NCBI GenBank assembly: GCA_026025075.1
Contig: JAPEUI010000123.1
Span: 1-47,040, forward strand
From: Vezdaea acicularis
Lineage: Eukaryota
Reading direction: 5' to 3'
Length of the DNA stretch: 47,040 nucleotides
Shown here: positions 21,612 to 32,793 of the stretch, in pieces
Position numbering within the stretch: the first letter of the stretch is position 1
How the letters are laid out: every line of letters starts with the position of its first letter
Program-made: the position numbers and the translations under genes
The notes under the pieces: model-generated
The model's database searches: none
What the model saw: only the letters and a program-made list of their open reading frames with translations
Told to the model about the DNA's origin: nothing

Positions 21612-21760
21612 GGTGCACGCTTCGAATTGGGCAGCTTGAGCGGCAAGAATTGTGTCTGGAAAGATTTCTGATGGGCATTCCGAGAATTGCTTGGCGCGAC
21701 CCCCGGACACTCGGTAATCCCCGGGCGATCTCTCAATGTATATTCTCTATAGCGTGCATT
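21612..21760. promoter_or_regulatory. Compact bidirectional promoter region between RSM24 and ALG13
   Basis: Divergent start codons only 149 nt apart. Confidence 0.6.
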
Positions 21761-22471
21761 ATGGCAAAAAACGATGGGCCAAGATCAAGAACTTGCTTTG
21801 TCACAATTGGGGCCACCGCAAGCTTTAATGATTTGCTCTCTAACGTGCTAAAGCCTAAGTTTCTAGAGGCTCTTCGAGGCGCTGGCTACACCGACTTGCT
21901 ACTACAATATGGTACTGAGGGGAAGACCATTTTTGAGAAATTTCTGGAAGATGAAAAGCTTGGCAAGAACTACAACTGTAACCTCCGAATCAATGGCTTT
22001 GCTTTTAACAAAAAGGGTCTTGGTCAGGAAATGAGAGCAGCCAAAGGGGAGAACGGCGCAGCTGAGGGTGTAGTGATCAGCCATGCTGGTACTCAGCCTC
22101 TTCTTCAATTCTGATCCGAAACTAAGCTTGTCATCCTCAAAGGCTCGGGCTCAATCCTTGACGCTTTAAGAATCAACGTTCCGCTCGTTGTTGTCCCTAA
22201 TCCCAGTCTTTTGGATAATCATCAAATAGAGCTAGCGGAGGAGCTAGCTGATATGGGTTATGTAGTCCATGGTGACCTAAGGTATGCTTGTTACATTATT
22301 GTCATATGAGCTTGTTGCTCATATGATTATAGTGACCTCGAGGCTTGCATTCAAGCCTCTGAACAGCTTCGGCTGAGACAAAAGGAATGGCCTCCGAAAG
22401 GTGACGTTAATGGCCGTTCAGATAGGGGACTGGCTGGCGTAATGGACGATGAAATGGGGTTTCTTGACTAG
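21761..22471 (+). CDS. ALG13: UDP-GlcNAc transferase catalytic subunit Alg13 (GT28 C-terminal-like; 201 aa)
   Basis: Exons 21761-22088, 22143-22281, 22333-22471 (606 nt). [25 protein letters not shown] and [16 protein letters not shown]. Confidence 0.93.
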
Positions 22472-23575
22472 ATTTGAGTAACATTGGAAAAGAGGGGTTT
22501 CTGGTTTGGAGCGCAGCTATGCATTTATGATGAAGCCGTGTTTGTTCATTGTGTACTAAAGGTAGGCGAAAGTGGTGTTGTAAAGGTGTAACACTTGGTT
22601 CTCCAGCTCAATTCTCTTACGTACTTGTAGAGCTATAGATACTATGCGCTATGCGAATAAAGAGTGTAGATAGTCCTTGCGACTATCCTCGTCATCCTGA
22701 TATATTTATCTCAAGTTAGCGTTTCAAACCGAAAGCAATCCAACCCTGCTTTCTATACTAGTTTTTCCAATTCGAGCTTTCTTCTGGCAAGTTCACCATC
22801 GATGCCCGATGCCATGGATGCAAAAGTGAAAAAGTTTATCGAAGCTTGTCCTAGACATACAAGGGAGAAATACCTTTCGAAATGATAAACGAACTTATGG
22901 GGCCAATGTAGTCGACATCAATCGGTGGACAAAGTACATTTGAACTTTGGACTACGTTCATTAAATGGGACATTTCACCCAGGCGCCGGCTCTTTCTGGT
23001 TACTTCGAGAATATTTGTCTGTTTCACGTAATCGTCCGCCAAAATCCGCTCTTGCGAGCTCCAGTCGCTCATCCTACTCCAATATAGCACTGTTACACGA
23101 TGATGGACCGAAAGACTTCTCACTTCAATTGCTACCTGTTTTGTCAATCGGATGTATCTAATCAGATACATCATGAAAATAGTTCCTGTACTTTCATTCG
23201 AATGTTCCTTGGCTCGTCCAGCTACAATGACCACCAACTGATCCAAGCACTTACTGCGCGAATATTGCCCAGGCTACTAATCGGGCAAGGGCCACATCTT
23301 GGGCTTAGCACCCATCAGTACCAAGATCTTGATTGATTAATATAAGGTTAGGTGCCCAAAGAGAGGGTGTTGAACAACCATGGTTCTATCCGTTCAGACT
23401 ATTTCTGTCTCACGGCTCCATCGTCTTTACTGTGGGCTTCACAAATAGCTGTTGGCGATTTTCCGGAGGAAGGTGACGTTCTCTCGGAAGTAGCTCATAC
23501 GTGTGAAGAATGCGATGTGAGGGGCTCTCTTTCAAAGGCTATTCGCTTGGTACGGCTTCGCGATTCTTTCCAAAC

Positions 23576-24526
23576 ATGAGATGGGCAGTATCCAGGCCGT
23601 CTCGTTTGCAGAAATTCTGGATCTACCTGTTCTTGCATATCACCATCGTTCGTGTCGCCAATGCCTTTCCCAAAGAGGGTTCTCAGGCTTGGTGTGGCCC
23701 TGGTGGTAAGCCGACCGACTGGCTGATTATTGTGGATCATGACGAGACGCCTTATCGAATGTGGTGGATGTCTTCCTGGGATAATAGCAGGTCGCCAGAG
23801 TTTCTTTGCTTGACACCACAAGGGCCTGATGAGCCCAGTACTCTAGGCTGTTACTGCGAGGACTTCGGAGCTGATCTCATATGTCCAGACCGGCCCGGCT
23901 GGTTCGATTGGAACAAGGCAATTCAGGATTACTGCCAAGGCCACTGCAGATGTGTGTGGTACTGTTCCGGAACTCAGGCCCTGAGCTGACCTTACTGTAT
24001 AGGCCCTGGCAATAAGAAACCGCTAGATGACCCTCGACCACCAGTCCGAGTTCCTGCCCTCGATAACATCGAATGGGTTATCACACAACGAGAACCAATT
24101 CAGAATAAGGAAAAGATTAAGGGGCGGGGCAAGAAGAAAAATAGGCCAGGAAGAAAGCCCAATCATCCTCCTAATGCCAAGTCTAAGCCAATGCAGCTGA
24201 GTGCTTGTCCAGACGTAAGATGCAAGGGTTTCTACGATTGCGCCCTTGCCGGCGCCCTTCCAGGATGCGTGGGCTTGAGCTGTGTGGTTGAAGAAGTTTC
24301 GCGCCGTGTGTATCAGCCATGGGGCACTTGCTCCTCGATTACTGCATCGAGATCGCTTGGATTGAACTCCTGGGTGGGGAGACGAGATGTACGGGAGATG
24401 ACTTGTGCATGCAACAGCACTTATCTTTCGCATGGTTGCTGCGGGGCTCATGAGGGCTTTGTTTGGGAAGAGCCTGAGGCAAAGCTTGGAGAAATCGGAG
24501 AGTTCGAGTACAGCGGGGCCGCGTGA
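23576..24526 (+). CDS. Putative secreted cysteine-rich protein (299 aa, 18 Cys)
   Basis: Exons 23576-23951 and 24003-24526 (900 nt), joined by a 51-nt intron (GTGTGT...GCTGAC...TAG) that fuses two ORF-track fragments in frame. Hydrophobic N-terminal segment ending in an A-X-A site (VANA|FP). Confidence 0.8.
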
Positions 24527-25555
24527 ATTGTATAAGGGCTCATAAACTCTTCTGCCATGGTCTTCCAACCTTACCCATAAGCGGAGAACCCCCTGAAATT
24601 ACATCAATTGCAGAGATATTTCCTCCCACCCGCTTCTAGAGAACTCGTTGTAGGCCATTTGCCAAACGTTCTGATCTATTAGGCTTTGCTTGTAGCTAAC
24701 AGATTCAGGGTTGCAGATTCGTGTACGCACAAGGTTCTGGTTTAACGAGACGGTGCAAAGGTTTGGAGCCTCTTACTACTGATTAAGGTTCAAGCAGAAA
24801 CAGGAAAAGGGGGCAGATACTTCTTATAATAATGGCCACTCTATTGGAGCTAGCTCAGAGATCGGACCTTGTTCCTCCCAGCACGGGAAACCCTTCCTTA
24901 TTACTCTACTGCTTCCTGTCTCAGCAGAAAGAGGTCTGACGCATGTGTCGAAATGTGAGTTCCATCGTGGCCAAGATGCATCCAATCCGGGTGATATGTT
25001 AAAGCGCATTTGCCCCTTAATCGTCAGGCCAGTCGTAGATAGGCAGAGAAAGTTCTGGGGTTATACCGAGTACTGAGAGGAAGACTGGGAAGGAGAAAGT
25101 ATGTGAATTCAGTTCAAGGACTGAGTGTGCAATGGGGTGAAGCTAGGAATGGTAGACTAATGCATCTAAAAGAAAAAGGTTCCAAGCAGTCGTTATAGCT
25201 ATATACGTAGTATTCTAGCAGGAAGTAAGTTCAGGTTATAATTTCTGCATTAACGAATGCATCGATAGAATGGCGGACACACGCCGGAGCCCCTGTGATG
25301 GAGGAATCTTATCATAGCGGTATTAAGTAAGAGACGAATCCCTAGCGTACGGTAACATCACACATGTCAGCCCATGCGATCTACTTTGCTCTTCGTACAT
25401 CAAAGCTATCTATCCTCTCTTGTGTAGATCTCAAAATTTGATGTTCGCATCGCGGGACTGACATCGCCCTACTCCATCGACCACACGCCTCCCAAACTCC
25501 CGCGAACTCACCATTTCTCCCACCACCACGAAATCGGGCGAATATCCCCTAGATG

Positions 25556-25570
25556 AAAAAAAGCTAAAAA
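25556..25570 (-). terminator. RNA polymerase III oligo-dT terminator of the tRNA-Leu
   Basis: T5 and T7 runs on the minus strand starting 4 nt after the discriminator base. Confidence 0.75.
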
Positions 25571-25573
25571 TCT

Positions 25574-25670
25574 TGGGAGCTGTGGGGTTCGAACCCACGC
25601 ATTCTCTCGAATAATGGTGTACAGTAGTAATACTTAAAACCACCGCCATAGACCACTCGGCCAAACTCCC
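25574..25670 (-). tRNA. tRNA-Leu (anticodon UAA) with a 13-nt intron
   Basis: Acceptor stem GGGAGTT/AGCTCCC+A, D-arm TGGCCGAGTGGTCTATGGC, anticodon stem GTGGT/ACCAT with TT-TAA-G, intron 25632-25620, long variable arm TATTC-GAGA-GAATG and T-arm GTGGG-TTCGAAC-CCCAC. Confidence 0.95.
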
Positions 25671-26101
25671 GCCAAGTTCGCATTCTCGGCTTATATCGGT
25701 TTAGATATATACCGTCAAGAGGGAATGGAATAAAGCTGGAAGGAGAAGAATAACCTCGCTTGCGAAGATGTTTATAGTATCAATTCACGGCTTCACATAT
25801 GCCCTCGGGGTTTCCATATGTTGCATGACAAGAATCGGAAGTCCAAGCGATACGTCAAACTTCAAGATACTATTCTCTGTTACGATGGTGATTGAGTATG
25901 ATACAATATAGCAATAACGTTCTAGAGCCTGCATCTCAACCTCGTCCTATTGTAGACCTCTCCACATTAAACCCTTCTAAGAACAGGCCCATGTCAGTTC
26001 TTAGGGACCAAAAATCTCCCCCACTGGTCTCCACATGGGTCCTCTCCTCCTTCGTCCCCTTTCCAACACCCACCCTTTTGTCTTCCACCCTCTTCCCTCC
26101 T

Positions 26102-26485
26102 TCAACTCCCCCTATAAGTCGTATAACTCCACGGGCCCAATAGCAATGGGACATGATAATGATCCTCCTTCGGATCCACTAAAAACCTTAAAACTACCTC
26201 CGGCCAAAAAGTGTTGTTCGGCCCAAAATAAGGGGCGGTTACAAACTTCAGCTCCCAGACCATGTATTCATTATGCTTTTTCAACGCGCCATAGATCTCT
26301 GCTAGGGGCGGACCTGAGTTGTTGTTCGCCCATGACTTGATCCGTCCATCGGCATCTGTGGTGCCGGTGTATGGTGGTGCGGGGTCGGGGCCCAGAGGCA
26401 CTAATAGGGTTAGGGTCGTGTGGACGCCGTGTGCGGGGCGCCCTGTGAGTGTGTCGAGGACGTGACAGGTTATTGGGGTCGCCAT
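26102..26485 (-). CDS. 5-hydroxyisourate hydrolase (transthyretin-like; 127 aa)
   Basis: PITCHVLDT, TDADGR, HYHVPLLL and the diagnostic C-terminal YRGS. Confidence 0.95.
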   Translation of the reverse strand: MATPITCHVLDTLTGRPAHGVHTTLTLLVPLGPDPAPPYTGTTDADGRIKSWANNNSGPPLAEIYGALKKHNEYMVWELKFVTAPYFGPNNTFWPEVVLRFLVDPKEDHYHVPLLLGPWSYTTYRGS

Positions 26486-26937
26486 TGGGGTGTATACTGT
26501 GTTTGTAGTGTATGTATTGGGGCTTGTGGTAGAAAAGAAGGGCGGGGAGAGCTGTTACACTTCTTTGTTGAGTGAGTTCATCGAGGGAGTGCATGCTTTA
26601 AGTGTTGTTTGCGCGGGCGTTATCGATAAAAGATTTTGGCGGGGCACGCCGAGTTCCACGCGGGACAAATCTCCGACTCTACCACACGACAATTACCGGC
26701 GATCATCTAGCTCGAGCTCCACTATCTGCCTGGAGCTCTACCAAAGTTTTGCCTTGGCCTCCAACCTATTCACGTAGCGGATAACCTCGAATTCCATCCG
26801 GGTGGGGCGCAAGGCGTAGCCAGCCGACTTGATTCCAAGAATTATTCTCCGAACAAGCGACAGCTCTAACATTTCCATCCCTCCACCTCGCCACAACCTC
26901 CCGCAGCCCCTCTGCCAGAAAAGAACGAAAGCCCAGC

Positions 26938-27948
26938 ATGTCAACCGCCGTGGTCTCTGCCGACGATGACCTGGCGCCGACCCTACAATCCATTCTCGAC
27001 CAAAAGACGCTGCGCTGGATCTTCGTCGGGGGCAAAGGCGGCGTCGGCAAAACGACGACCTCATGCAGTCTCGCCATCCAAATGTCCAAAGTGCGCCGAT
27101 CCGTCCTCCTAATCTCCACCGACCCCGCCCACAACCTCTCGGACGCCTTCTCCCAGAAATTCGGCAAAGAGGCGCGCCTCGTCGACGGCTTCACCAACCT
27201 CAGCGCCATGGAAATCGACCCGAACGGGAGCATGGAGGAGCTGCTGGCGAAGGGCGAGGGCGACGAAGGCGGCCTCGGCGGTATGGGCGGCATGATGCAG
27301 GATATTGCCTTTAGCATCCCGGGCGTGGACGAGGCCATGTCCTTCGCCGAGGTGCTGAAGCAGGTCAAATCGCTCTCGTACGAGACGATCATCTTCGACA
27401 CCGCGCCGACGGGGCACACCCTGCGCTTTCTGCAGTTCCCGTCCGTGCTGGAGAAGGCGCTGGCCAAGGTCTCGCAGCTCTCGAAGCAGTTCGGGCCGAT
27501 GCTCAACTCGCTGATGGGCGCCCGGGGCGGTCTTCCCGGCGGCGGCAATATGGACGATATGCTACAGAAGATGGAGGGGCTACGGGAAACGATCGCGGAG
27601 GTGAATACACAGTTCAAGGACGCGGCGCTGACGACCTTCGTCTGCGTCTGCATCGCGGAGTTTCTGTCGCTGTACGAGACCGAGCGCATGATTCAGGAGC
27701 TGACCAGCTATGGCATCGATACGCATGCGATCGTGGTGAATCAGCTCCTGTTTCCAGCGAAGGGGAATCAGTGCGAGCAGTGCAATGCGCGGCGGAAGAT
27801 GCAGAAGAAGTATCTGGAGCAGATTGAGGAGCTGTATGATGAGTTCAATGTGGTCAGGATGCCGATGCTGGTCGAGGAGGTGAGGGGGAAGGAGAGGCTG
27901 GAGAAGTTCAGTGAGATGTTGGTCACGCCGTATGTACCGCCTGAGTAG
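26938..27948 (+). CDS. GET3: ArsA-family ATPase Get3 (tail-anchored protein insertion; 336 aa)
   Basis: [34 protein letters not shown] and CEQC. Intronless with very high GC3. Confidence 0.97.
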   Translation: MSTAVVSADDDLAPTLQSILDQKTLRWIFVGGKGGVGKTTTSCSLAIQMSKVRRSVLLISTDPAHNLSDAFSQKFGKEARLVDGFTNLSAMEIDPNGSMEELLAKGEGDEGGLGGMGGMMQDIAFSIPGVDEAMSFAEVLKQVKSLSYETIIFDTAPTGHTLRFLQFPSVLEKALAKVSQLSKQFGPMLNSLMGARGGLPGGGNMDDMLQKMEGLRETIAEVNTQFKDAALTTFVCVCIAEFLSLYETERMIQELTSYGIDTHAIVVNQLLFPAKGNQCEQCNARRKMQKKYLEQIEELYDEFNVVRMPMLVEEVRGKERLEKFSEMLVTPYVPPE

Positions 27949-28035
27949 ACGATAGATAATCATGCAGGATAAAGTGGTTAGGGAATTTTCGCATAACATG
28001 GTAGACTAGAGTACCTGCCATTGGAGTCAAGAATG

Positions 28036-29670
28036 TCATCTAGGCCTGTGTCTCTTGTTTGCTCTGCTGGCGCTGTTGTCACCAAAGTCGAACACGTAAC
28101 CTCCAGATTCGCCAACATGCTTCTTTCCAATCCCGGCTGTAGTGGGCTGGTCGGGGTCATCACCACGAAAAGCCAACTCCTTCCCACTCCGCTCCCCGTT
28201 CCTCACCTCTGGAAAGGAGGGCAACAGCTCCTTCCTGGACTCTCTCGGGCTTTCCGACCACCACTTCTCCGCTTCCGCAGCGAACCTACTTCGACCCTTC
28301 CCCAGCGCTTCGGAAGCCGTCAATCTCGCGCGCGGATCCCATTTCAACAGACCGGCCAGGATTTTGACAGTTTCCTTGGTGGTGTCGGGCAAGAAGCGTC
28401 GCTCCAGATTATCTGCTCGTCCATGGGCCAGTTGCTCCCTCCGCCAGCTCGAGAGCATGGGGCAGCCCATTTCTACGAGGGCGCTCATGTCTGATGGAGA
28501 GGGCGAGCCTATCAGCTTCACTGTTAGAGCAAGCTGTTCGAGCTCGGTTTCCCCTTGTAATACAGGCATGCAGATCACAAGCTCAGAGAGGACAAGTCCG
28601 GCAGACCAGAGGTCAACGGCCGGCGTATAGCGGGAAGTGCCGAGGAGCAGTTCGGGAGCTCGGTACCATATTGTGACGACGCCGGGAGTCAAGGGGCGGT
28701 CTGCATACTCGCGAGCCATACCAAAGTCGGCTTTGCCATGTCAGCCGAGAAAACACGAGAGGGTATTAATGCACTCGTTCTACCTAGCTTTAGGGTGCCT
28801 TTGGAAGTCAGCAGGATGTTTGACATTTTCACATCCCTACGTGCATCCAGAGTTAGCGAAAATGAAGGTTGAGGGGGGGGAAGACCAACCGATGGATGAT
28901 GCTATTTTTGTGCAAATACTCCAGTCCCTCGAGGAGCTGGCGGAACAGGCATTTTACTACACGTTGTCAGTATTGGTAGACACTTTCAGGCTTCCGGTGG
29001 GATCATTCGTACTTTCGCTGAGAGTGTACTTGACTCTGACTTCGTCCAAGAGATTTGCGAGATCCTATCTCTTGGCGACGGCGCGTCCTCTGCCATGCTG
29101 GCAAAGGAACCATAAGCCAGAGGAGTATGTCCCAAGCCCAGGAGAAGCTTTCGGCTTAGGCCTCTAGCGTCGGGGCACCAACCTGCTCGGCGTATTCCAT
29201 CACCATGTAAACCTCGTCCAGCGTATCTGCCCCATTCGAGTCGTCGCCCGAGCCGACGGCCACGTCGGTGACATTGATGATGTTGGCATGCTTCAGCGAT
29301 CTGAGGATGGCGATCTCGCGCAGGGCGGTTATGGGTATGCCGTTCTGCCGTTCTTCGGGCTCGATACGCACCTGCTTGAGGGCCACGATCTCGGAGGTGT
29401 CGCGGTGTCGAGCACGGGAAACAACGCCATATGCTAGGGGTTCGGGTCAGCCAATGCCATAAATCACGCATCGACCACTAGGGAAGTACCCACTGCCTTC
29501 CCCGAGCCGGTTGAGCTTCTCAAAGGCGGATACGGAGGTGCATTTGCCTAAAGACGGGTGTTAGGGGGTTCGTGGGGGGCAAAGCCTCGAGACGACTGAC
29601 CGAGGTAGCCGTCCGGCAGATCTAGGTCCAGCGACTGGCCAGTGATGGATATCCACGGGCCGGAAGTCAT
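28036..29670 (-). CDS. CMGC cyclin-dependent kinase, CDK10/CDK11 subfamily (413 aa)
   Basis: Exons 29670-29601, 29547-29494, 29433-29183, 29064-29013, 28956-28890, 28836-28784, 28730-28036 (1242 nt). LGKCTSVSAFEKLNRLGEGTYGVV, VALK, PITALRE, HRDVKMSN, ADFGMAR and TPGVVTIWYRAPELLLG. Confidence 0.9.
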
Positions 29671-30596
29671 TTTGCTGGAGCGCTTGCGCACGCGGCTCTG
29701 CGAGACGAATGATGCTCTGGAGGACGATCACGTTTAGGGTTTGTCGTCAAGCTGTTAAGCGGGGGCAATCGCGAAGCTAAGAGAGCACGAGGAGGCGCGC
29801 TAAGGAAGGCGTGGCATGGGGTATGGCTGGGGACATGGCGTGGAGATGGCTTGGACCTCCTCCAAACAAATGGGCTTATCAGAAGCTCAATGGCAAAGGC
29901 CCGAGCTAGGACGGAATAGGAGGCGCTTCACGGCCTGGTCGCAGACAAGCAGACTGACCGCCTCCAGCTCTCTGGACAGCTTCTGGGAGAGCTGGCTGCA
30001 GCCCCCCGCCGTTCGGCGATTCCACCTTATCTTCTGTGACTTATCACGCTCGCCCTTTCTGCCGCCCGGCGGCCGCACAGACCCTCCAATGCGCTCCGAA
30101 TGGTCAGATGCCCCGCCGTGCAGCCGGACGTCAGGATGCGCCTTTTAAAACATATCAGTTTGCTGGACGCGCTGGGAGGTGGCTGAGCTCGACATTGCTG
30201 CGTTCGGCGGCCAGAGGGCCAAGCGAGCCAGCCGCGAGCACGGATCCTCCATCCGTCGTCTGAGACCACCGACCACCACGATACGCTGCTCATCCCTCGC
30301 TATCATCACGACATCTCTCTGCTTAGTCGACTATCGTGCACGCTCTGCTTGCTCTCTTATTTATTTCACCGCGCGCCCATCGTTCTACATCCCACTCAGA
30401 GAGATCTCTGTCTGGCGTCCCGAATACCTTTCCACGCTCCCAGCCTCCGCCCCTCGCTTGTCCACGTTTTTCTTTAGGCAAACGTCTCAACTTCGTCGTT
30501 ACCAAACCTCCTCTATCCGCCGTCTCTTGACTCCCCTATTTTGAGCGGCTACAGCAATCACAAGCCGTGCGTGCGCGCTGGCGGACTCTCGCCATC

Positions 30597-31400
30597 ATGA
30601 CCCGAGCCGTGGTTTACAGCATTGCCTTCTTGGCTTTTCTCTTTGGTAGGACGCCCCTCGAACTCGCACCGAACGGTGATGAATCATGAGTGCTAACCAC
30701 GAGAGATAGCTTCCGTCATGACTCTGGCTGCGTCAATCATGCCGCGGTGGATCATCCTTGATATCGAGGGTGTACGTGATGCCCCCAAATATTCGTTCCG
30801 CTAAGATTTCTTCATGGTCAAAGGGGCTAACTCCTGACTCCTACAGTCGGCAGGAACCCATATACACTATACGTATGGCCTGACAAAACGATGTACCGCA
30901 TCTGGGCTGTGCGAAAAGTTTCCCCAGCAAAATGACTGTTTTGGGACCGAGAGGCAATTCTGCTCGATGTGGCGGTCAACCGCGTTCCTACAGTCTTTTA
31001 CCGTCGTCCTTGAAGGCATGATATTGGTGACGTTCATCACGCTGCTCGTCGGTGGGAAGCAGAAGCGTGACGAGGGATGGAAGGTGCTGAGCTCCTTGCT
31101 GTTCCTCGCTGGGCTAGCGCAGTGCGCGGGAATGGCGCTCGTGGTAAGTTGTATCAATCCCGTGAGTACTGACGAGTGCTCTGACTAATTACCTTGCTGT
31201 AGACATATATTTACGACTACGACGAAGCCCATTTCCTGATAGGCTGTCATCTAGGCATTTCATGGGTCATCTGCACCATCAGCTGGTGTATCTTGATAGT
31301 TGCCGCTATCGGCGTAGCCATATCAGCCTACTTGCTGCCACAGGAGGGCGGCTACGAGCTTATTCCTGACCGGGAATACTATGACTCGCAGGAGCTATGA
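30597..31400 (+). CDS. Four-TM claudin/PMP22-superfamily-like fungal membrane protein (201 aa)
   Basis: Exons 30597-30645, 30710-30771, 30847-31143, 31203-31400 (606 nt). TM1 followed by PRW...YGLTKRC...C..FP...DC...FCSMWRS, three further TM helices and a C-terminal EGGYELI. Confidence 0.8.
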
Positions 31401-31870
31401 TTTGGAAGAAGCGCGAGAGGTGCAACAGGTGCGGTTTAATGTTGGTAATTTATCTACGCTGGGTGGTAGGAAATCGCTACGATGGGGATATGGCGTTGGT
31501 GGCTTCAAGTCTAGCGAGCATCCAATTTTTCATTTCCTTGATGTGTCCGATTGTGTTAGGAAGGGAGGTTGATTCAATCTAGTTAAGGGGGCACATGGCG
31601 TTTGAACTGAGGCCTAATAGGCAAGGAATACGAATGCTGCTGTTCAATGTCTTGAGCTATTCCTCAATCTCAATGCTCGCTTCCTCCTACTGGATCACCG
31701 TTCTGATGTACCAGTGCTAACAAGGGTCTTCATCGGGGTTTTCATTCTTCCAATGTCAAGCCCCTGCTTGTGCAGGGTGCGTGCATCCTGTAGTGAGTGT
31801 CTTCGTCGCTGTTTCTTGTCTATAGGGTTGCCGAACGCGGTTGCAGATAACTAACGTGCCTGATTGGAAG

Positions 31871-31879
31871 TTACGTCAT
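31871..31879 (-). promoter_or_regulatory. CRE/M26-type bZIP site upstream of atf1
   Basis: TTACGTCAT on the + strand reads ATGACGTAA on the minus strand. Confidence 0.5.
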
Positions 31880-32793
31880 GCGACAGTGCGACCGTACAGC
31901 AGCCCGAGCGCCCCTTGCACGCAGCCCTCGCTTTTGTCCATTCCCCCCCCTCGAATCCCCCATGCCAGTCCCAGGAAATATTCGGTTCGATCGCCTCCCT
32001 CCACCGTCGTCATCCTCTGCACCTATCCACCCTCATACCTACTTTGTGGGCCCAATCCAGCAAATCATCCTCCCGAACCCTAATTCAACCCAGGGCTTGT
32101 CGCCTTAGCCCTCTATCGTACTATCGAACCTTCTCCAAAGCTTTGCGAGCTACAGTCGCAGAAGTCTGGTGCTTCATCCCTTTTTTTGCACTCGTGACGC
32201 CATCGCGAGGCGCATACGGGGACGACGCGACGAGAGAGAGCAATTCAGACAAAAATACCTGAGAGACGCAAGACCACATTACCCAGCGAACTCGAAAAAT
32301 TCTCAAGGCTGCGAACCAACCAGTCTGTAGTCAGTGCTCTCGTAGCTCATTGAGCTGTCGGGAGAAGCCAAGTTGGATTGGTAATTGTCTACAGTGCACG
32401 TCTGAACCACTTTTGCCACCGACAATCCGCGGACCTGTGAATACATGCCTGACTGGACTCGACACTTTCATCTCTCGTTGAAACAATATATCGAAGCCCC
32501 TTCAGTACGCGCTAGATAACCTACCGTTTGATCGATAAGCTGTCGGTTTTTGCGCTCGTTTCGTCTTTGCTGGGAGCAGAGCATTTGCTTGTGTGTCAGG
32601 GAAAGCGCCTTTTCGCCTCCGATCGCCAGCTACTAACTTACATCACCAGTGACGCAAACGTTCCCAGCAACCACGCTTTTCCACCCCGTCGAAAGTACCG
32701 TACTTTTAGGCCTCAGGGAAGCTCGAGCTTTGATTCGTCGACCACTTGCTTCGTTCGGTCGGCACGTTGATCAACCCCCCCTAAGGTCACGTC

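Noticed and set aside
26406..26416. Telomere-like TAGGGTTAGGG
   Set aside because: Fewer than two full units, inside the HIU hydrolase coding sequence.
26486..26581. Possible N-terminal PTS2 extension of the HIU hydrolase
   Set aside because: The in-frame upstream ATG (26581) hits TAA after 8 codons, and no RLx5HL-type motif is present.
26766..27689. 307-aa antisense ORF over GET3
   Set aside because: Expected shadow of extreme GC3 codon bias in the sense gene.
29065..29183. Stwintron (nested intron) interpretation of CDK intron 3
   Set aside because: The reconstituted outer intron would be about 34 nt with a poor donor and would break the reading frame.
32650..32793. Non-AUG N-terminal extension of Atf1
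   Set aside because: In-frame TAA at 32782, four codons before the ATG.
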